Shown here: one piece after another, positions 29,302 to 39,966 of the stretch
How positions within the stretch are numbered: the first letter of the stretch is position 1
Layout: each line of letters opens with the position of its first letter
Origin: Gammaproteobacteria bacterium
GTDB taxonomy: Bacteria > Pseudomonadota > Gammaproteobacteria > CAJXQU01
Length of the DNA stretch: 64,000 nt
Assembly: GCA_026984775.1 (NCBI GenBank)
Contig: JALSRM010000037.1
Span: 49,604-113,603 of the forward strand
Direction of reading: 5' to 3'
Notes under the pieces: generated by a model
Seen by the model: the letters and a program-made list of their open reading frames with translations, nothing else
Database searches by the model: none
Told to the model about the DNA's origin: nothing
Translations under genes and position numbers: made by a program

Positions 29302-30798
29302 ATGCGTTTGTTACTTCCTGTTTTACTGATATCTTCTTTTAGCGTTCTGGCCCAGGCCGGAGAGCCAGCCCTCCCTGAAGGTCTTGAAGAGTTTGAGAGT
29401 CCATCTTTGGATGAACCTGCTCTGCCTGAAGGTTTGGCTGACGACTCAGCAGCTTCTGATGAAGCGGAACTGCCAGGAGGTATTGAAAGGGGTAACAAAA
29501 TACCCACTTCAGCTCAAGAACCGGAATTGCCGGAAGGACTTGGCGAAGAGACATTAGTAGAAGAGGGTTTTGAGGCTGGTTCAGATAAGGAGGGTTTTGC
29601 CGATCTCTCCGGATTTTGGGAAGTTCGCCTTGGCACAAGAACTCAGGATGATCGTTTTGAAGACGATCGTTCGATCACAGAAACACGTTTGCAGTTTGAT
29701 CTGGAGCACACTCTGGGCTTATTCAACCTTCACCTGGTGAGTGATCTTGTCTATGATGATCTGGCAGACACTCATGAAATCAAACTGGAAACCGGCCAAG
29801 GCTGGATTGATTTACGTGAGGCTAATCTCTCTTTCACACCAACGAGCTTCATGGATGTGAAGATTGGTCGTCAGATCTTGACCTGGGGCACAGGTGATCT
29901 GCTATTCATCAACGATCTTTTCCCGAAAGACTGGCAGGCTTTTTTCATAGGTCGAGACGTAGAATATCTGAAAGCCCCATCGGATGCCTTTAAACTGGCC
30001 TTTTTCAGTGGTGTGATGAACCTCGACCTTGTCTATACCCCTCGCTTTGATACAGATCGTTTTATCAACGGGAGCAGGATTTCCTATTTCAGTCCACTGG
30101 CAGGTGGTATTGCAGGACAGAATTCGGTGATCGATGCTGTCAATCCTGATAATACATTTACCGATGATGAACTGGCAATTCGTCTGTACAGAAACTTTGG
30201 TGCCATTGAAACAGCTTTTTATGCATACAATGGTTTCTGGAAGAGTCCGGGGGGATTTGATCCACTGACAGGCAAGGCTGTTTTCCCTGATCTGCGTGTC
30301 TATGGTGCGAGTCTGCGGAGTCCTGTAGGGAAGGGTATTGCAAACCTCGAGATAGGATACTATGACTCTAGGATGGACAGGAACGGTACTAATCCATTTA
30401 TAAATAACAGTGAATTTCGACTGTTGATCGGATACGAAAGGGAAATCGCCAAAGAGTTGACCATGGGTCTCCAATATTATCTGGAACGTATCTCCGATTA
30501 CAGTGCCTATGAGGCCAGTCTGCCGTCCGGTTTTCCGACCAGGGATCACAACCGGCACTTGTTTACTTTGCGTCTGACCAAACTGACACATAATCAGAAT
30601 GTGATCTGGTCTGTTTTTGCGTATGCATCTCCATCGGACAAAGATTTCTATCTGCGTCCACACGTGACCTATAAGATCGATGATCATTGGACGATGGAAG
30701 CAGGAGGAAATATTTTTGGTGGTGAACGAGAATATACCTTTTTCGGTCAGTTTCAGGAGAATACCAACCTCTACGCTGCAATACGCTATAGTTTCTGA
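29302..30798 (+). CDS. Outer-membrane beta-barrel protein (DUF1302-like) with N-terminal Pro/Glu-rich ALPEGL repeats
   Basis: Signal peptide; repeats (E)PALPEGL x4; alternating amphipathic beta-strand pattern; C-terminal ...AAIRYSF ending in Phe, the outer-membrane-protein signature. Confidence 0.6.
   Translation: MRLLLPVLLISSFSVLAQAGEPALPEGLEEFESPSLDEPALPEGLADDSAASDEAELPGGIERGNKIPTSAQEPELPEGLGEETLVEEGFEAGSDKEGFADLSGFWEVRLGTRTQDDRFEDDRSITETRLQFDLEHTLGLFNLHLVSDLVYDDLADTHEIKLETGQGWIDLREANLSFTPTSFMDVKIGRQILTWGTGDLLFINDLFPKDWQAFFIGRDVEYLKAPSDAFKLAFFSGVMNLDLVYTPRFDTDRFINGSRISYFSPLAGGIAGQNSVIDAVNPDNTFTDDELAIRLYRNFGAIETAFYAYNGFWKSPGGFDPLTGKAVFPDLRVYGASLRSPVGKGIANLEIGYYDSRMDRNGTNPFINNSEFRLLIGYEREIAKELTMGLQYYLERISDYSAYEASLPSGFPTRDHNRHLFTLRLTKLTHNQNVIWSVFAYASPSDKDFYLRPHVTYKIDDHWTMEAGGNIFGGEREYTFFGQFQENTNLYAAIRYSF
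29355..29560 (+). repeat. Four imperfect tandem copies of a 30-60-nt unit encoding [PE]-[AE]-LPEGL inside the outer-membrane-protein gene
   Basis: gccctccctgaaggtctt / gctctgcctgaaggtttg / gaactgccaggaggtatt / gaattgccggaaggactt seen directly in the sequence. Confidence 0.6.
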
Positions 30799-30860
30799 AT
30801 AACTGTAATCGATCTGTTTTACTGCTAAGCTCTTTCCCAGTTGAATGAGTACACGTGGTT

Positions 30861-31775
30861 ATGAAAATCCAGTGGTACCCCGGCCATATGCACAAGGCCA
30901 GAAGGGAGATAAGCAAATCTCTGTCCAAGATTGATCTTGTCATCGAGATCATTGACGCCCGCATACCATACAGCAGTGAGAACCCGGTACTTGCCGATCT
31001 AAGGAGAGAGAAACCTTGTATCATGGTGATGAACAAGGTGGATCTGGCCGATCCCGAATTGACTGAAAGGTGGCAGGCTTACTTTACACACCATTCAGAA
31101 AGTGTTTCAACATTGACTGTTTCGACTAAAGAACCAGCGAGTGTTAAAAGTTTACCATCGCTGATCAGAAAAAGTTTATCTGCACATCGAGAAACGATTA
31201 ATGCCATGATTGTTGGCATACCCAATGTCGGAAAATCGACCCTGATCAACACACTGGCAGGCCGTAGTATTGCCAAGACGGGTAATGAACCTGCAATTAC
31301 CAAGGCACAACAACGGATCAAACTGGGTGGTGGGATCACTCTTTCCGATACACCAGGTGTGCTCTGGCCCAATGTAGAAAACCGGAATAGCGGTTTTCGT
31401 CTCGCAGCAACCGGTGCGATCAGGGATACCGCCATGGAGTACCCAGAGACAGCTTTGTTTCTTGCGGAATACCTAATGCAGAACTACCCACTTGATCTTA
31501 AATCCCGGTATGGTCTGGATGAGATCCCGGATTCTCAAATGGAGCTTATGGAATTGATCGGGGCCAAGAGAGGTTGTCTGAGATCAGGAGGAATGGTTGA
31601 TTTGGAAAAAGTCTCGCGGTTGTTCTTGATCGATTTTCGATCTGGAGCAATTGGTCAAATCACACTTGAAAGCCCTGAAGATATGATCAGGGAAAAAGCA
31701 GAGCTTGATCGGGAAAGGGAAATGAAAAGAGCTGATAAGCTTGCCCGGAAGGGAAGACGTAAACAGAGGAAATGA
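30861..31775 (+). CDS. rbgA: Ribosome biogenesis GTPase A (YlqF/RbgA, circularly permuted GTPase)
   Basis: MKIQWYPGHMHKARREI N-terminus; NKVDLAD (G4) precedes GIPNVGKSTLIN (G1), the circularly permuted order. Confidence 0.85.
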   Translation: MKIQWYPGHMHKARREISKSLSKIDLVIEIIDARIPYSSENPVLADLRREKPCIMVMNKVDLADPELTERWQAYFTHHSESVSTLTVSTKEPASVKSLPSLIRKSLSAHRETINAMIVGIPNVGKSTLINTLAGRSIAKTGNEPAITKAQQRIKLGGGITLSDTPGVLWPNVENRNSGFRLAATGAIRDTAMEYPETALFLAEYLMQNYPLDLKSRYGLDEIPDSQMELMELIGAKRGCLRSGGMVDLEKVSRLFLIDFRSGAIGQITLESPEDMIREKAELDREREMKRADKLARKGRRKQRK

Positions 31776-31783
31776 CAGCCCGA

Positions 31784-33949
31784 TTAGGACTGATCTTCTT
31801 TCAGTAATTCATTTACACCACGGTAATCAATCTTGCCAGTTCCCAGTACAGGAATGGAATCCACTTTAATTACTTTTCGTGGAACAGCCAGTTCCGCCAC
31901 GCCATCTTTTTTTGCTTGCTCGACAAGATCCTTTCTATCCGCGTCATTATATTCGGTCAGCAGAACGATCTGCTCACCCTTTTTCTTGTCAGGAATGGCA
32001 ACTGCTGCATGTAGCATATCTGGCCAAACGGTATTGGCAAGACTCTCAACACTCGTCAAGGAAACCATTTCTCCACCTACTTTAGCAAAACGTTTTGCGC
32101 GTCCCAGTATAGTGATATATTGCAGATCATCAATGGAGACGATATCTCCGGTATCATACCAGCCTGCACCCCGTTCAGTTAGGGGAGGGATAATCTCGCC
32201 ATCACTGCCATGGAAGAGGTAACCCAACATGATATTCGGGCCTGAAATAAAAAAACGTCCACCTTCATTCAGCCCTTCGATAGGTTCAAGATAATAGTCC
32301 ATACCAGGCAATAATCGGCCGACAGTTCCCGTTTTGTAATAATAGGGTGTATTGACGGACACTACCGGGCTGGCCTCCGTTGTGCCATACCCCTCCATGA
32401 TACGAATACCAAATTTTTCAAACCAGATCCTGCGCGTGTCTGCCTGAAGCTTTTCAGCACCGGCAACCACGAAACGAAGTGTATGAAAGTCCGCCGGATG
32501 TGCATATTTTGCATAACCCGCAAGGAAGGTGTTCGTACCAAACATGACGGTGGCACCCATTTGATAGCACAACTCAGGAATAATGCGGTAATGCAAAGGC
32601 GTTGGATAGAAAAAAATCCTTGCACCTTCCATCAATGGCAGGATGGTTCCTGCTGTGAAACCAAATGAATGGAACATAGGGAGAAAGTTGAAAACCAAAT
32701 CTTTCCTGTTCAGACCGATCAAAGGCCTGACTTGAGCATAGTTTGAAAGGATATTTTTGTGCGAGAGGACCACACCCTTTGGAATTCCTTCAGAACCAGA
32801 AGTAAAGAGAACTACAGCCCGATCATTCGGCTTGATACGATTAGAACGGACGCTGTACGCGATTCGTGGAAATCTGGCTTTGAAGAGGCCGGCAAGCTTC
32901 CTGAAAATGGAAATTTTATCTCTGAAATCTTCTAAAAAGATGACCTTGACAACCTTTTCCAGCGACTCAATTGTGCACTCCAGTTCTCCTTTTTCGATGA
33001 ATGCTCTGGACGTATAGACCACTTTGATGAGCGCAGTTTCACAAGCAGTAACCAACCCCTGTGCACCCGCAGTAAAATTGAGCATGGCCGGAATACGTCC
33101 ATAGCAATGGAGCCCCATTAACGTTACCAGATTGGCATTGGCATTGGGCAAAAGTATCCCGACACACTCACCGGGAGAGGTTTCACTCGCAATTGCCTTG
33201 CCAAGGATAAAGGCGCGGGAAACGAGTTGACGGTAGCTCATGGGCTCACGATTGATATCCTCGGCGATTATTCGTTTACCCCCATGAATTCGCATCGCAT
33301 CAAGTAATGCGGTAAACAGTGTGCGTTCGGAGTCGGTGTTCATAAAGGCGACTTCACGCATGATATCTGCCATTTGCTGTGCAGCATTCACTCTGTGCGA
33401 GGAGTGCGTGTCATCTTCAGGAGAAATAATCCGTACCGGTTGGTGAATTGTCAGGCATATTTTTGGAAACCAGGATTGTTTGAGAATCTCTCTGGTATAT
33501 GCAAACTTCGAAAACTGAGCACCTTCTATACCTATGGGCAGAACCATTGCTCCTGATTTTGCAGCGACCATCCCTGCGCCATCATAGATTTTCATTAATG
33601 TACCCGTTGTGGTGATTCTGCCTTCGGGGAAAATAACCGCCTTGTTGTCTTCTTTTAGAAACTTAATTAATGATTTCAGTGAATGGGGGTTCAGCGGATC
33701 AAGCACAAAAAGATCGACAAACTTCAGGAAAGGTTTGAAATACCACTTTTCATGAATCTGGGTGTTGATGGCAAAGGTAGGGCGGTGGGGTAGAAAGAGG
33801 TAGAGCAGTACACCATCCAGCAGGGAGACATGATTGACTGCGATCAGTACCCGTTCACCTGCAGCATGATAATTTTCCAAACCAACAATTTTAACCCTGA
33901 ACAGAAGTTTGAAAAGCAGGCGCAAAGGAAGCTTGATGAGTTTTATCAT
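31784..33949 (-). CDS. aas: Bifunctional 2-acylglycerophosphoethanolamine acyltransferase / acyl-ACP synthetase
   Basis: 721 aa; N-terminal PlsC-type HxxxxD (NHVSLLDG) and C-terminal AMP-binding adenylation domain (SGSEGIPKGVVLSHKN, GYGTTE). Confidence 0.85.
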   Translation of the reverse strand: MIKLIKLPLRLLFKLLFRVKIVGLENYHAAGERVLIAVNHVSLLDGVLLYLFLPHRPTFAINTQIHEKWYFKPFLKFVDLFVLDPLNPHSLKSLIKFLKEDNKAVIFPEGRITTTGTLMKIYDGAGMVAAKSGAMVLPIGIEGAQFSKFAYTREILKQSWFPKICLTIHQPVRIISPEDDTHSSHRVNAAQQMADIMREVAFMNTDSERTLFTALLDAMRIHGGKRIIAEDINREPMSYRQLVSRAFILGKAIASETSPGECVGILLPNANANLVTLMGLHCYGRIPAMLNFTAGAQGLVTACETALIKVVYTSRAFIEKGELECTIESLEKVVKVIFLEDFRDKISIFRKLAGLFKARFPRIAYSVRSNRIKPNDRAVVLFTSGSEGIPKGVVLSHKNILSNYAQVRPLIGLNRKDLVFNFLPMFHSFGFTAGTILPLMEGARIFFYPTPLHYRIIPELCYQMGATVMFGTNTFLAGYAKYAHPADFHTLRFVVAGAEKLQADTRRIWFEKFGIRIMEGYGTTEASPVVSVNTPYYYKTGTVGRLLPGMDYYLEPIEGLNEGGRFFISGPNIMLGYLFHGSDGEIIPPLTERGAGWYDTGDIVSIDDLQYITILGRAKRFAKVGGEMVSLTSVESLANTVWPDMLHAAVAIPDKKKGEQIVLLTEYNDADRKDLVEQAKKDGVAELAVPRKVIKVDSIPVLGTGKIDYRGVNELLKEDQS

Positions 33950-33961
33950 TGAGTTATTACA

Positions 33962-35395
33962 TCACAGTGCCGCAGCCTCCAGTATCGGCCTGTTGAGGAG
34001 AATTTTCAACTTCAGTCCAGGCTTGAGAGGAGTGTCTCTGCTGATATTGTTCCACTCGATGATCTGGCGAACATGTATATCAAAGCGCCTGGCAATCAGC
34101 CACAGTGAATCGCCATTTTGAACTCGATAGACACCATTTTCTATATCTCGGATTTCCTTTTTCTCGCCCCGTGAGGCAATACTCGGTCCGCCTGGGATGA
34201 GTAGGCTTTTACCGGAACGCAGTTTGTCAGAGCTGAGCTTGTTCGCGCGCTTAAGGAGATCGATGCTGATCCCGTACTTTCGTGCTATTGTCCAGAGTGA
34301 CTCACCTGGTCTTATCTTATGGTGCTGCCAGGTAACGCGTTCAGTTTCAGGTAAATGGGCGATGGCAACCTCTAGTCTGTCTGCAGATTCAATGGGTATG
34401 AGTAATTGATGCGGGCCATCGGGATCGGTCGCCCATCGCTTGAACCCGGGATTCAGCCGTTTTAATTCACCAAGGCTGATATTCGCCAAGTCGGCAACTT
34501 TCTGTAACTGGATTTGTCCTCCTGTATTAACCTGTTTGACGACTGGTTTGGTTGGAATGTGTGGTAATTTGATTGAGAATTGGTCAGGTGATCTGACAAC
34601 TCTCTGCAATGCAACGAGTTTCGGCACGTACAAGCGTGTTTCGGCTGGTAATTCCAATGACCAGTAGTCTTGAGGTCGGCCTTCGCGGATATTTTTCTTG
34701 ATCGCCCTGTGAACGGTGGCACTGCCGCTGTTATAGGCAGCCAAGGCGAGCTTCCAGTCTCCAAACTCTTCATACAGTTGTTGCAGGTAGTCCAGTGCTG
34801 CTGCCGTTGATGCAAGAATATCAAGGCGACCGTCATACCACCAGTTCTGTTTAAGCCCAAAGTGTTCGGCCGTGCTTGGTGTAAACTGCCATAAGCCGGC
34901 TGCGCTGGATGAGGAGATCACGTCAGTTTTATAGCCGCTTTCTATCACAGGAAGCAGGGCGAGGAAGAGAGGCATTTTCCGTTTCTCGATTTCAGAAGCG
35001 ATCTGATAGATGAAGGTTTTTGCCCTTTTACTGATGAGGTCGAAATAGAACTGATTACCTTTCAGTTTTTCGAGCTGGGTCGTGATGGCTTGATTTTCAC
35101 CCTTTTCGAGAGGTTCTGATGTACGAACAAATTCCCAGATATCTTCTACCGATGATTTTTGCAGAATTGCTGGGCTATCCTGATCAACTGTGCTGACCGG
35201 TTCTTTTTCCTCATCATGATGGGCAATATAGCGGGTTCGTTTGATCGATGGCGCTTCAGCTTCTTTCTTTGTAAAAGACTCATGAACAGGAAAAGTCTGC
35301 ATGCAGCCACATAATGACAACAGGAACATGAGGACCATGATCCCGAGGATTCTTCTTTTTATTTTCCAGAATAAGGAACCGGTTCCCAAAAACAT
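33962..35395 (-). CDS. mltD: Membrane-bound lytic murein transglycosylase D (SLT domain + 2 LysM)
   Basis: SLT catalytic region (ESGYK..DVISSSSAAGLWQF) and two C-terminal LysM repeats; mltD-methyltransferase-rnhA-dnaQ synteny as in E. coli. Confidence 0.85.
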   Translation of the reverse strand: MFLGTGSLFWKIKRRILGIMVLMFLLSLCGCMQTFPVHESFTKKEAEAPSIKRTRYIAHHDEEKEPVSTVDQDSPAILQKSSVEDIWEFVRTSEPLEKGENQAITTQLEKLKGNQFYFDLISKRAKTFIYQIASEIEKRKMPLFLALLPVIESGYKTDVISSSSAAGLWQFTPSTAEHFGLKQNWWYDGRLDILASTAAALDYLQQLYEEFGDWKLALAAYNSGSATVHRAIKKNIREGRPQDYWSLELPAETRLYVPKLVALQRVVRSPDQFSIKLPHIPTKPVVKQVNTGGQIQLQKVADLANISLGELKRLNPGFKRWATDPDGPHQLLIPIESADRLEVAIAHLPETERVTWQHHKIRPGESLWTIARKYGISIDLLKRANKLSSDKLRSGKSLLIPGGPSIASRGEKKEIRDIENGVYRVQNGDSLWLIARRFDIHVRQIIEWNNISRDTPLKPGLKLKILLNRPILEAAAL

Positions 35396-35498
35396 GGCGC
35401 GATCCTAAGGATAAGTCGTGATGGCGTCAAGCATTAACCAAATTTAACTGTACTGCCAGGATTCCCTGTCTTGATTCATTTTAAGGTAAGATTTCACT

Positions 35499-36335
35499 AT
35501 GAACACGAGTCAGCCGGAGTTACAACACCAGGAGAAAAAACCACCCGTTAGGTGTCGTTTGAAGCAATGGTTCAATGGTGTTTCGGGGAGCACCCTGTAC
35601 AGTCTTGAAAGAAACCTCATTGAAGAAGAGCTTCCTGATCTTTTTGGCTATCATATTTTGCAACTGGGTCTGATTGAATCTCATGGTCTCCTCGGTTCAA
35701 GCCGGATTTCCCATCAAATCCTTGTTGAAATTGCACCCCAGGATACACAACATCCAGAGCACTTGTTGTGCCGATCGTCACAATTACCCATTGCTGCAAA
35801 CAGTGTGGATGTTGTTCTTATTCAGCATGTATTGGAATTTGAAAACGATCCCCATGAGGTATTGAGAGAAGTAGAACGAATTTTGATTGGTGAAGGCCAT
35901 CTTCTGATCATCGGATTCAATCCTTGGAGTCTGATGGGTATTTGGCGTGCCTTGCTGGCATGGCGAGATGAACCTCCTTGGTGTGGCCATTTCTACCGTG
36001 CAGGTCGTATCAGAGATTGGCTGGCTTTGCTGGGGTTTGATGTGATCAAGACACGATATATGTTCTTCAGTCCCCCTATAGGGTCTCGGTGGTTAATGAA
36101 ACGATTCACATTTTTTGAAAAATTGGGAAATTATCTTTGTCCATGGTTGGGTGGCGGATATTTGGTTATTGGAAAAAAACGCCTGATCCCATTGACCCCG
36201 ACACGAACAGAATGGAGGATTCGCCGCAGCCTGATCGCTGCAGGAGTGGCTGAACCATCTGCACGGATAAAAGCCGAATTGTTGCAGGATGCACTGGAAG
36301 TTAGCAAGAGTAAGGAGTTTGGTGATCATGGTTGA
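35499..36335 (+). CDS. Class I SAM-dependent methyltransferase (YafS-like)
   Basis: Methyltransferase fold pattern ([22 protein letters not shown]); sits between mltD and rnhA, where E. coli has yafS. Confidence 0.65.
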   Translation: MNTSQPELQHQEKKPPVRCRLKQWFNGVSGSTLYSLERNLIEEELPDLFGYHILQLGLIESHGLLGSSRISHQILVEIAPQDTQHPEHLLCRSSQLPIAANSVDVVLIQHVLEFENDPHEVLREVERILIGEGHLLIIGFNPWSLMGIWRALLAWRDEPPWCGHFYRAGRIRDWLALLGFDVIKTRYMFFSPPIGSRWLMKRFTFFEKLGNYLCPWLGGGYLVIGKKRLIPLTPTRTEWRIRRSLIAAGVAEPSARIKAELLQDALEVSKSKEFGDHG

Positions 36336-36783
36336 TATGGTGGAACTTTTCACAGATGGTGCCTGTCGGGGCAATCCCGGACCAGGGGGTTGGGGAGTCC
36401 TCATGCGATACGGCAAGCATGAAAAGCGACTCCACGGCGCAGAACCATATACAACCAATAACCGTATGGAACTGATGGCCGCAATAATGGGGCTCGAAAA
36501 CCTGAAACGTCAGTGCAAGGTCAGAATAACAACGGATTCGGAATATGTGAAAAACGGGATCACAAAGTGGCTGGAAGGGTGGAAGCAGCGTGGTTGGAAA
36601 ACTGCTAAAAAGAAACCTGTGAAAAACCAGGATCTGTGGCAGCGGTTGGATGAAGCTGTGGCAAGACATGATGTCGAGTGGCACTGGGTGAAGGGACATT
36701 CCGGCCATATGGAAAACGAGATTGCCGATGAACTTGCCAATCTTGGGATAGATGAAATGTTACAGCAACAGGCCATAAAATGA
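36328..36783 (+). CDS. rnhA: Ribonuclease HI
   Basis: [25 protein letters not shown]...[12 protein letters not shown] is near-canonical RNase H; AAGGAG RBS 10 nt upstream of ATG 36328. Confidence 0.9.
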   Translation: MVDMVELFTDGACRGNPGPGGWGVLMRYGKHEKRLHGAEPYTTNNRMELMAAIMGLENLKRQCKVRITTDSEYVKNGITKWLEGWKQRGWKTAKKKPVKNQDLWQRLDEAVARHDVEWHWVKGHSGHMENEIADELANLGIDEMLQQQAIK

Positions 36784-37502
36784 GACAAATCGTACTGGAT
36801 ACAGAAACAACAGGGCTTTCCACTGCGGAAGGTCATCGAATCATTGAAATTGGTTGTGTCGAAATGATCAACCGCAAAATGACAGGGAAGTATTATCACC
36901 AATATATCTGCCCTGATCGGGAGGTGGACGAAGGTGCACTTGAAGTCCACGGGATAACCAATGAATTTCTCAGTAATAAGCCACGATTCGGTGAGATCGT
37001 CGAGGATTTCATTGAGTTTGTTCAAGGTGCCGAGTTGATTATCCATAATGCACCATTTGATATTGGCTTCCTTGATTATGAGCTTTCTCTACTGAGTCTT
37101 GACAGGAAAATAGAGGATCTTTGTAGCATTCTAGATACTTTGGCTCTCGCACGAGAACTCCATCCGGGACAAAAAAATAGTCTTGACGCGCTGTGTAAAC
37201 GCTACGATGTCAATAATGCTCAAAGGGAATTGCATGGTGCCTTGCTCGATGCAGAGATATTGGCCGATGTCTATTTGAGAATGACAGGGGGCCAGGCCGA
37301 TCTGCTATTTGTTAGTCATGAGCCTACGGAGTCCATAAACCAGAAAAAAGCAACGCACGAAACGAAGCAACGACCTCCACTCAAAGTGGTCAAACCCCAT
37401 GATCATGAACTCGCCTTACATCAGAAACAGCTTGAACTTCTGGACAAAGTTTCTGGGAGTGAGTGTCTCTGGAAGAAACTGGAGAGTGAAATCAGGGAAT
37501 GA
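36780..37502 (+). CDS. dnaQ: DNA polymerase III epsilon subunit (3'-5' exonuclease)
   Basis: Exo I motif VLDTETTGL and Exo [17 protein letters not shown]; ATGA overlap with rnhA. Confidence 0.9.
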   Translation: MRQIVLDTETTGLSTAEGHRIIEIGCVEMINRKMTGKYYHQYICPDREVDEGALEVHGITNEFLSNKPRFGEIVEDFIEFVQGAELIIHNAPFDIGFLDYELSLLSLDRKIEDLCSILDTLALARELHPGQKNSLDALCKRYDVNNAQRELHGALLDAEILADVYLRMTGGQADLLFVSHEPTESINQKKATHETKQRPPLKVVKPHDHELALHQKQLELLDKVSGSECLWKKLESEIRE

Positions 37503-37842
37503 TTTCTTGATATTTTGATTCGTCAAAACCAACCAGAAGCTGGCCTTCACCCACCAGTACCGGTCGTTTGATCAATGCCGGGTAAGTGAGCATCAGGATT
37601 CTGGCTTTGGCTTCATCGAGATCGGCGCGTTCAGTTTTAGGTAATTTCCGCCAGGTTGTTCCCCGCCTATTTAATAACAGTGTCCAACCCACTTTGGCGA
37701 TCCATGATTCTAGCGTTTTTTCGTCCAATCCTTGTTTGTGAAAATCATGGAAGGTGTAGTCGATAGAATGTCCGGAAAGCCATTTTCGGGCTTTCCGGAC
37801 AGTATCGCAATTACTTATCCCGTAAAGCTTCAGATCAGACAT
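37492..37842 (-). CDS. ArsC-family reductase (YffB/Spx-like)
   Basis: [22 protein letters not shown]...[10 protein letters not shown] aligns closely with E. coli YffB. Confidence 0.75.
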   Translation of the reverse strand: MSDLKLYGISNCDTVRKARKWLSGHSIDYTFHDFHKQGLDEKTLESWIAKVGWTLLLNRRGTTWRKLPKTERADLDEAKARILMLTYPALIKRPVLVGEGQLLVGFDESKYQEIIP

Positions 37843-38656
37843 CCCGCAACAACTCATTGATCCCGACCTTACCTAAGGTTTTCTCATCAACCTGCTTAAC
37901 GATAACTGCGCAGTAAAGACTGTATGCACCGTCGTTTGAGGGAAGGTTGCCTGAAACGACGACGGAACCAGGTGGAATATATCCATACGTAATTTCACCG
38001 GTTTCACGGTTATATATACGTGTACTCTGGCCAATATAGACCCCCATGGATATGACAGAGCCACGTCCTACGATGACACCCTCGACCACCTCGGATCGGG
38101 CGCCGATGAAACAGTTGTCTTCAATAATGGTGGGCCCGGCCTGAATCGGTTCCAGCACTCCTCCAATTCCAACACCACCCGACAAGTGGACGTTTTTACC
38201 AATCTGTGCGCAGGAACCAACGGTTACCCACGTATCTACCATGGTTCCACTGTCCACGTAAGCACCGATATTAACGTAGCTGGGCATCAGTACAGTGTTT
38301 GGTGCGATATAACTCCCTCGGCGGGCGGTGGCAGCAGGAACAACACGAACGCCACTGGCCTTGAAGTCTTCCTCGCTATAGTCCGAAAATTTTGACGGCA
38401 CTTTGTCATAGAACTTTGTATAGCCACCTTCAATGACTTCGTTTTCCCGAACACGGAAAGAAAGCAGAACCGCTTTTTTCAGCCATTGATTTGTGTACCA
38501 TTCATCACCTTTTTTTTCTGCAACCCGGTAAGTACCTGCATCGAGTCCAGCGATGCATTCTTCAATTGCGTCTTTTAGTTCTTGAGTGGCTGATGCCGGT
38601 GTGATTTCGGAGATGTGTTCGAAATTTTCTTCAATTATTTTTTCTAGTTGTTCCAT
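37835..38656 (-). CDS. dapD: 2,3,4,5-tetrahydropyridine-2,6-dicarboxylate N-succinyltransferase
   Basis: 273 aa with a left-handed beta-helix hexapeptide repeat region and a DapD-like N-terminus. Confidence 0.9.
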   Translation of the reverse strand: MEQLEKIIEENFEHISEITPASATQELKDAIEECIAGLDAGTYRVAEKKGDEWYTNQWLKKAVLLSFRVRENEVIEGGYTKFYDKVPSKFSDYSEEDFKASGVRVVPAATARRGSYIAPNTVLMPSYVNIGAYVDSGTMVDTWVTVGSCAQIGKNVHLSGGVGIGGVLEPIQAGPTIIEDNCFIGARSEVVEGVIVGRGSVISMGVYIGQSTRIYNRETGEITYGYIPPGSVVVSGNLPSNDGAYSLYCAVIVKQVDEKTLGKVGINELLRDV

Positions 38657-38667
38657 TTTTTCGTCTC

Positions 38668-39879
38668 TTAGATAGTTTCAATAAATTCTTTGATCCGGTG
38701 TGCCGATTCTACAGCCTCATCCAACGTCGAGACCAGTGCAATTCTGACTCTATTTTGTCCTGGATTATCCCCATCATTAAGTCCTTCTCGACTTCTGGCA
38801 AGAAAACTGCCTGGCAGTACGGTAACATTTTGCGTCTTCAATAGATCGGTTGCAAACTTTACGTCATCTATGGGGACTTCCGGCCAGAGATAGAAGCCGG
38901 CCGCAGGTTTATCCACGTGCAATACTGGTTGAAGGATCTCTAGCACTGACTCAAATTTTTCGTGGTATTGCCGGCGGTTTGAAACAACGTGCAGTTCATC
39001 TTTCCATGCTGCAACACTGGCAGATTGCGTTGGCAATGGCATGGCGCAGCCATGGTAGGTCCGGTAGAGCAGGAACTGACGGATCACCTCTTTGTCGCCA
39101 GCAACGAATCCAGAACGCAGACCAGGGACATTAGAGCGTTTAGACAGGCTATGAAAGACCAGACAGTTGCGATAATCAACTCTGCCTGAACTTGCAGCTG
39201 CCTGTAAAAGGCTAGGCGGAGGATTTCCTTCATCCAAGTAGATCTCTGAATAGCATTCGTCTGAGGCGATGACAAAATCATACTTATCAGATAGCTTCAG
39301 CAGTTTGACAAGCTCCTTTTGACCAAGAACGGCACCAGTAGGATTACCTGGAGAACAGATATAGATCAGTTGACATCTTTCCCAGATTTCTGCAGGAACT
39401 TCATCAAAATCAGGAAGATAACCGTTTTTTTTCGTGCAGTTCAGATAAAAAGGCTTTGCACCGGCAAGCAGTGCGGCACCTTCATAGATCTGGTAGAAGG
39501 GGTTTGGTGAAATGACCACAGGATCAGGTTTACTCTGATCAACCACGCATTGTGCGATCGCAAAAAGTGCTTCGCGCGTACCGTTAACCGGTAAGACGTT
39601 GTCTTCAGCAGTGATCGTATCATCTGGCAATCCAAAACGTTGGCATAACCATCCACGTATAGCTGTTCTCAATCCATCGGTTCCTCGGGTTGAGGGATAG
39701 GCTGCAATACTATCGAGCTGATCGACCAGTTTATTTTTTATGAAGGAGGGCGTTGGATGCCGTGGTTCGCCTATGGAGAGATCGATAGCCTTCTTGTTTT
39801 TGGCTGGCGTTACCGATTGTCTGATGGCAGCCAGTCGTTCAAAGGGATAGGGTTGTAAACGTGAGAGGTAAGGGGTCAT
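38668..39879 (-). CDS. dapC: Succinyldiaminopimelate aminotransferase (class I/II aminotransferase)
   Basis: PLP aminotransferase fold with a lysine-containing [14 protein letters not shown]; immediately upstream of dapD. Confidence 0.75.
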   Translation of the reverse strand: MTPYLSRLQPYPFERLAAIRQSVTPAKNKKAIDLSIGEPRHPTPSFIKNKLVDQLDSIAAYPSTRGTDGLRTAIRGWLCQRFGLPDDTITAEDNVLPVNGTREALFAIAQCVVDQSKPDPVVISPNPFYQIYEGAALLAGAKPFYLNCTKKNGYLPDFDEVPAEIWERCQLIYICSPGNPTGAVLGQKELVKLLKLSDKYDFVIASDECYSEIYLDEGNPPPSLLQAAASSGRVDYRNCLVFHSLSKRSNVPGLRSGFVAGDKEVIRQFLLYRTYHGCAMPLPTQSASVAAWKDELHVVSNRRQYHEKFESVLEILQPVLHVDKPAAGFYLWPEVPIDDVKFATDLLKTQNVTVLPGSFLARSREGLNDGDNPGQNRVRIALVSTLDEAVESAHRIKEFIETI

Positions 39880-39966
39880 TCAACATCCTGATCTAAAAAA
39901 CGCGCATTATAGGCGATCAGGATGTTCTAACCAATCAGAATCCATCGCTGTTGGAAGCGAACATGT

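Noticed and set aside
29355-29560. Possible CRISPR-like or non-coding tandem repeat
   Set aside because: The repeats are in-frame within a signal-peptide-containing ORF and encode a conserved ALPEGL peptide unit. No spacer/repeat regularity and no cas genes.
29902-30687. 261-aa minus-strand ORF inside the outer-membrane barrel gene
   Set aside because: It is antisense to a gene with signal peptide, repeats and a C-terminal OMP signature. No family resemblance.
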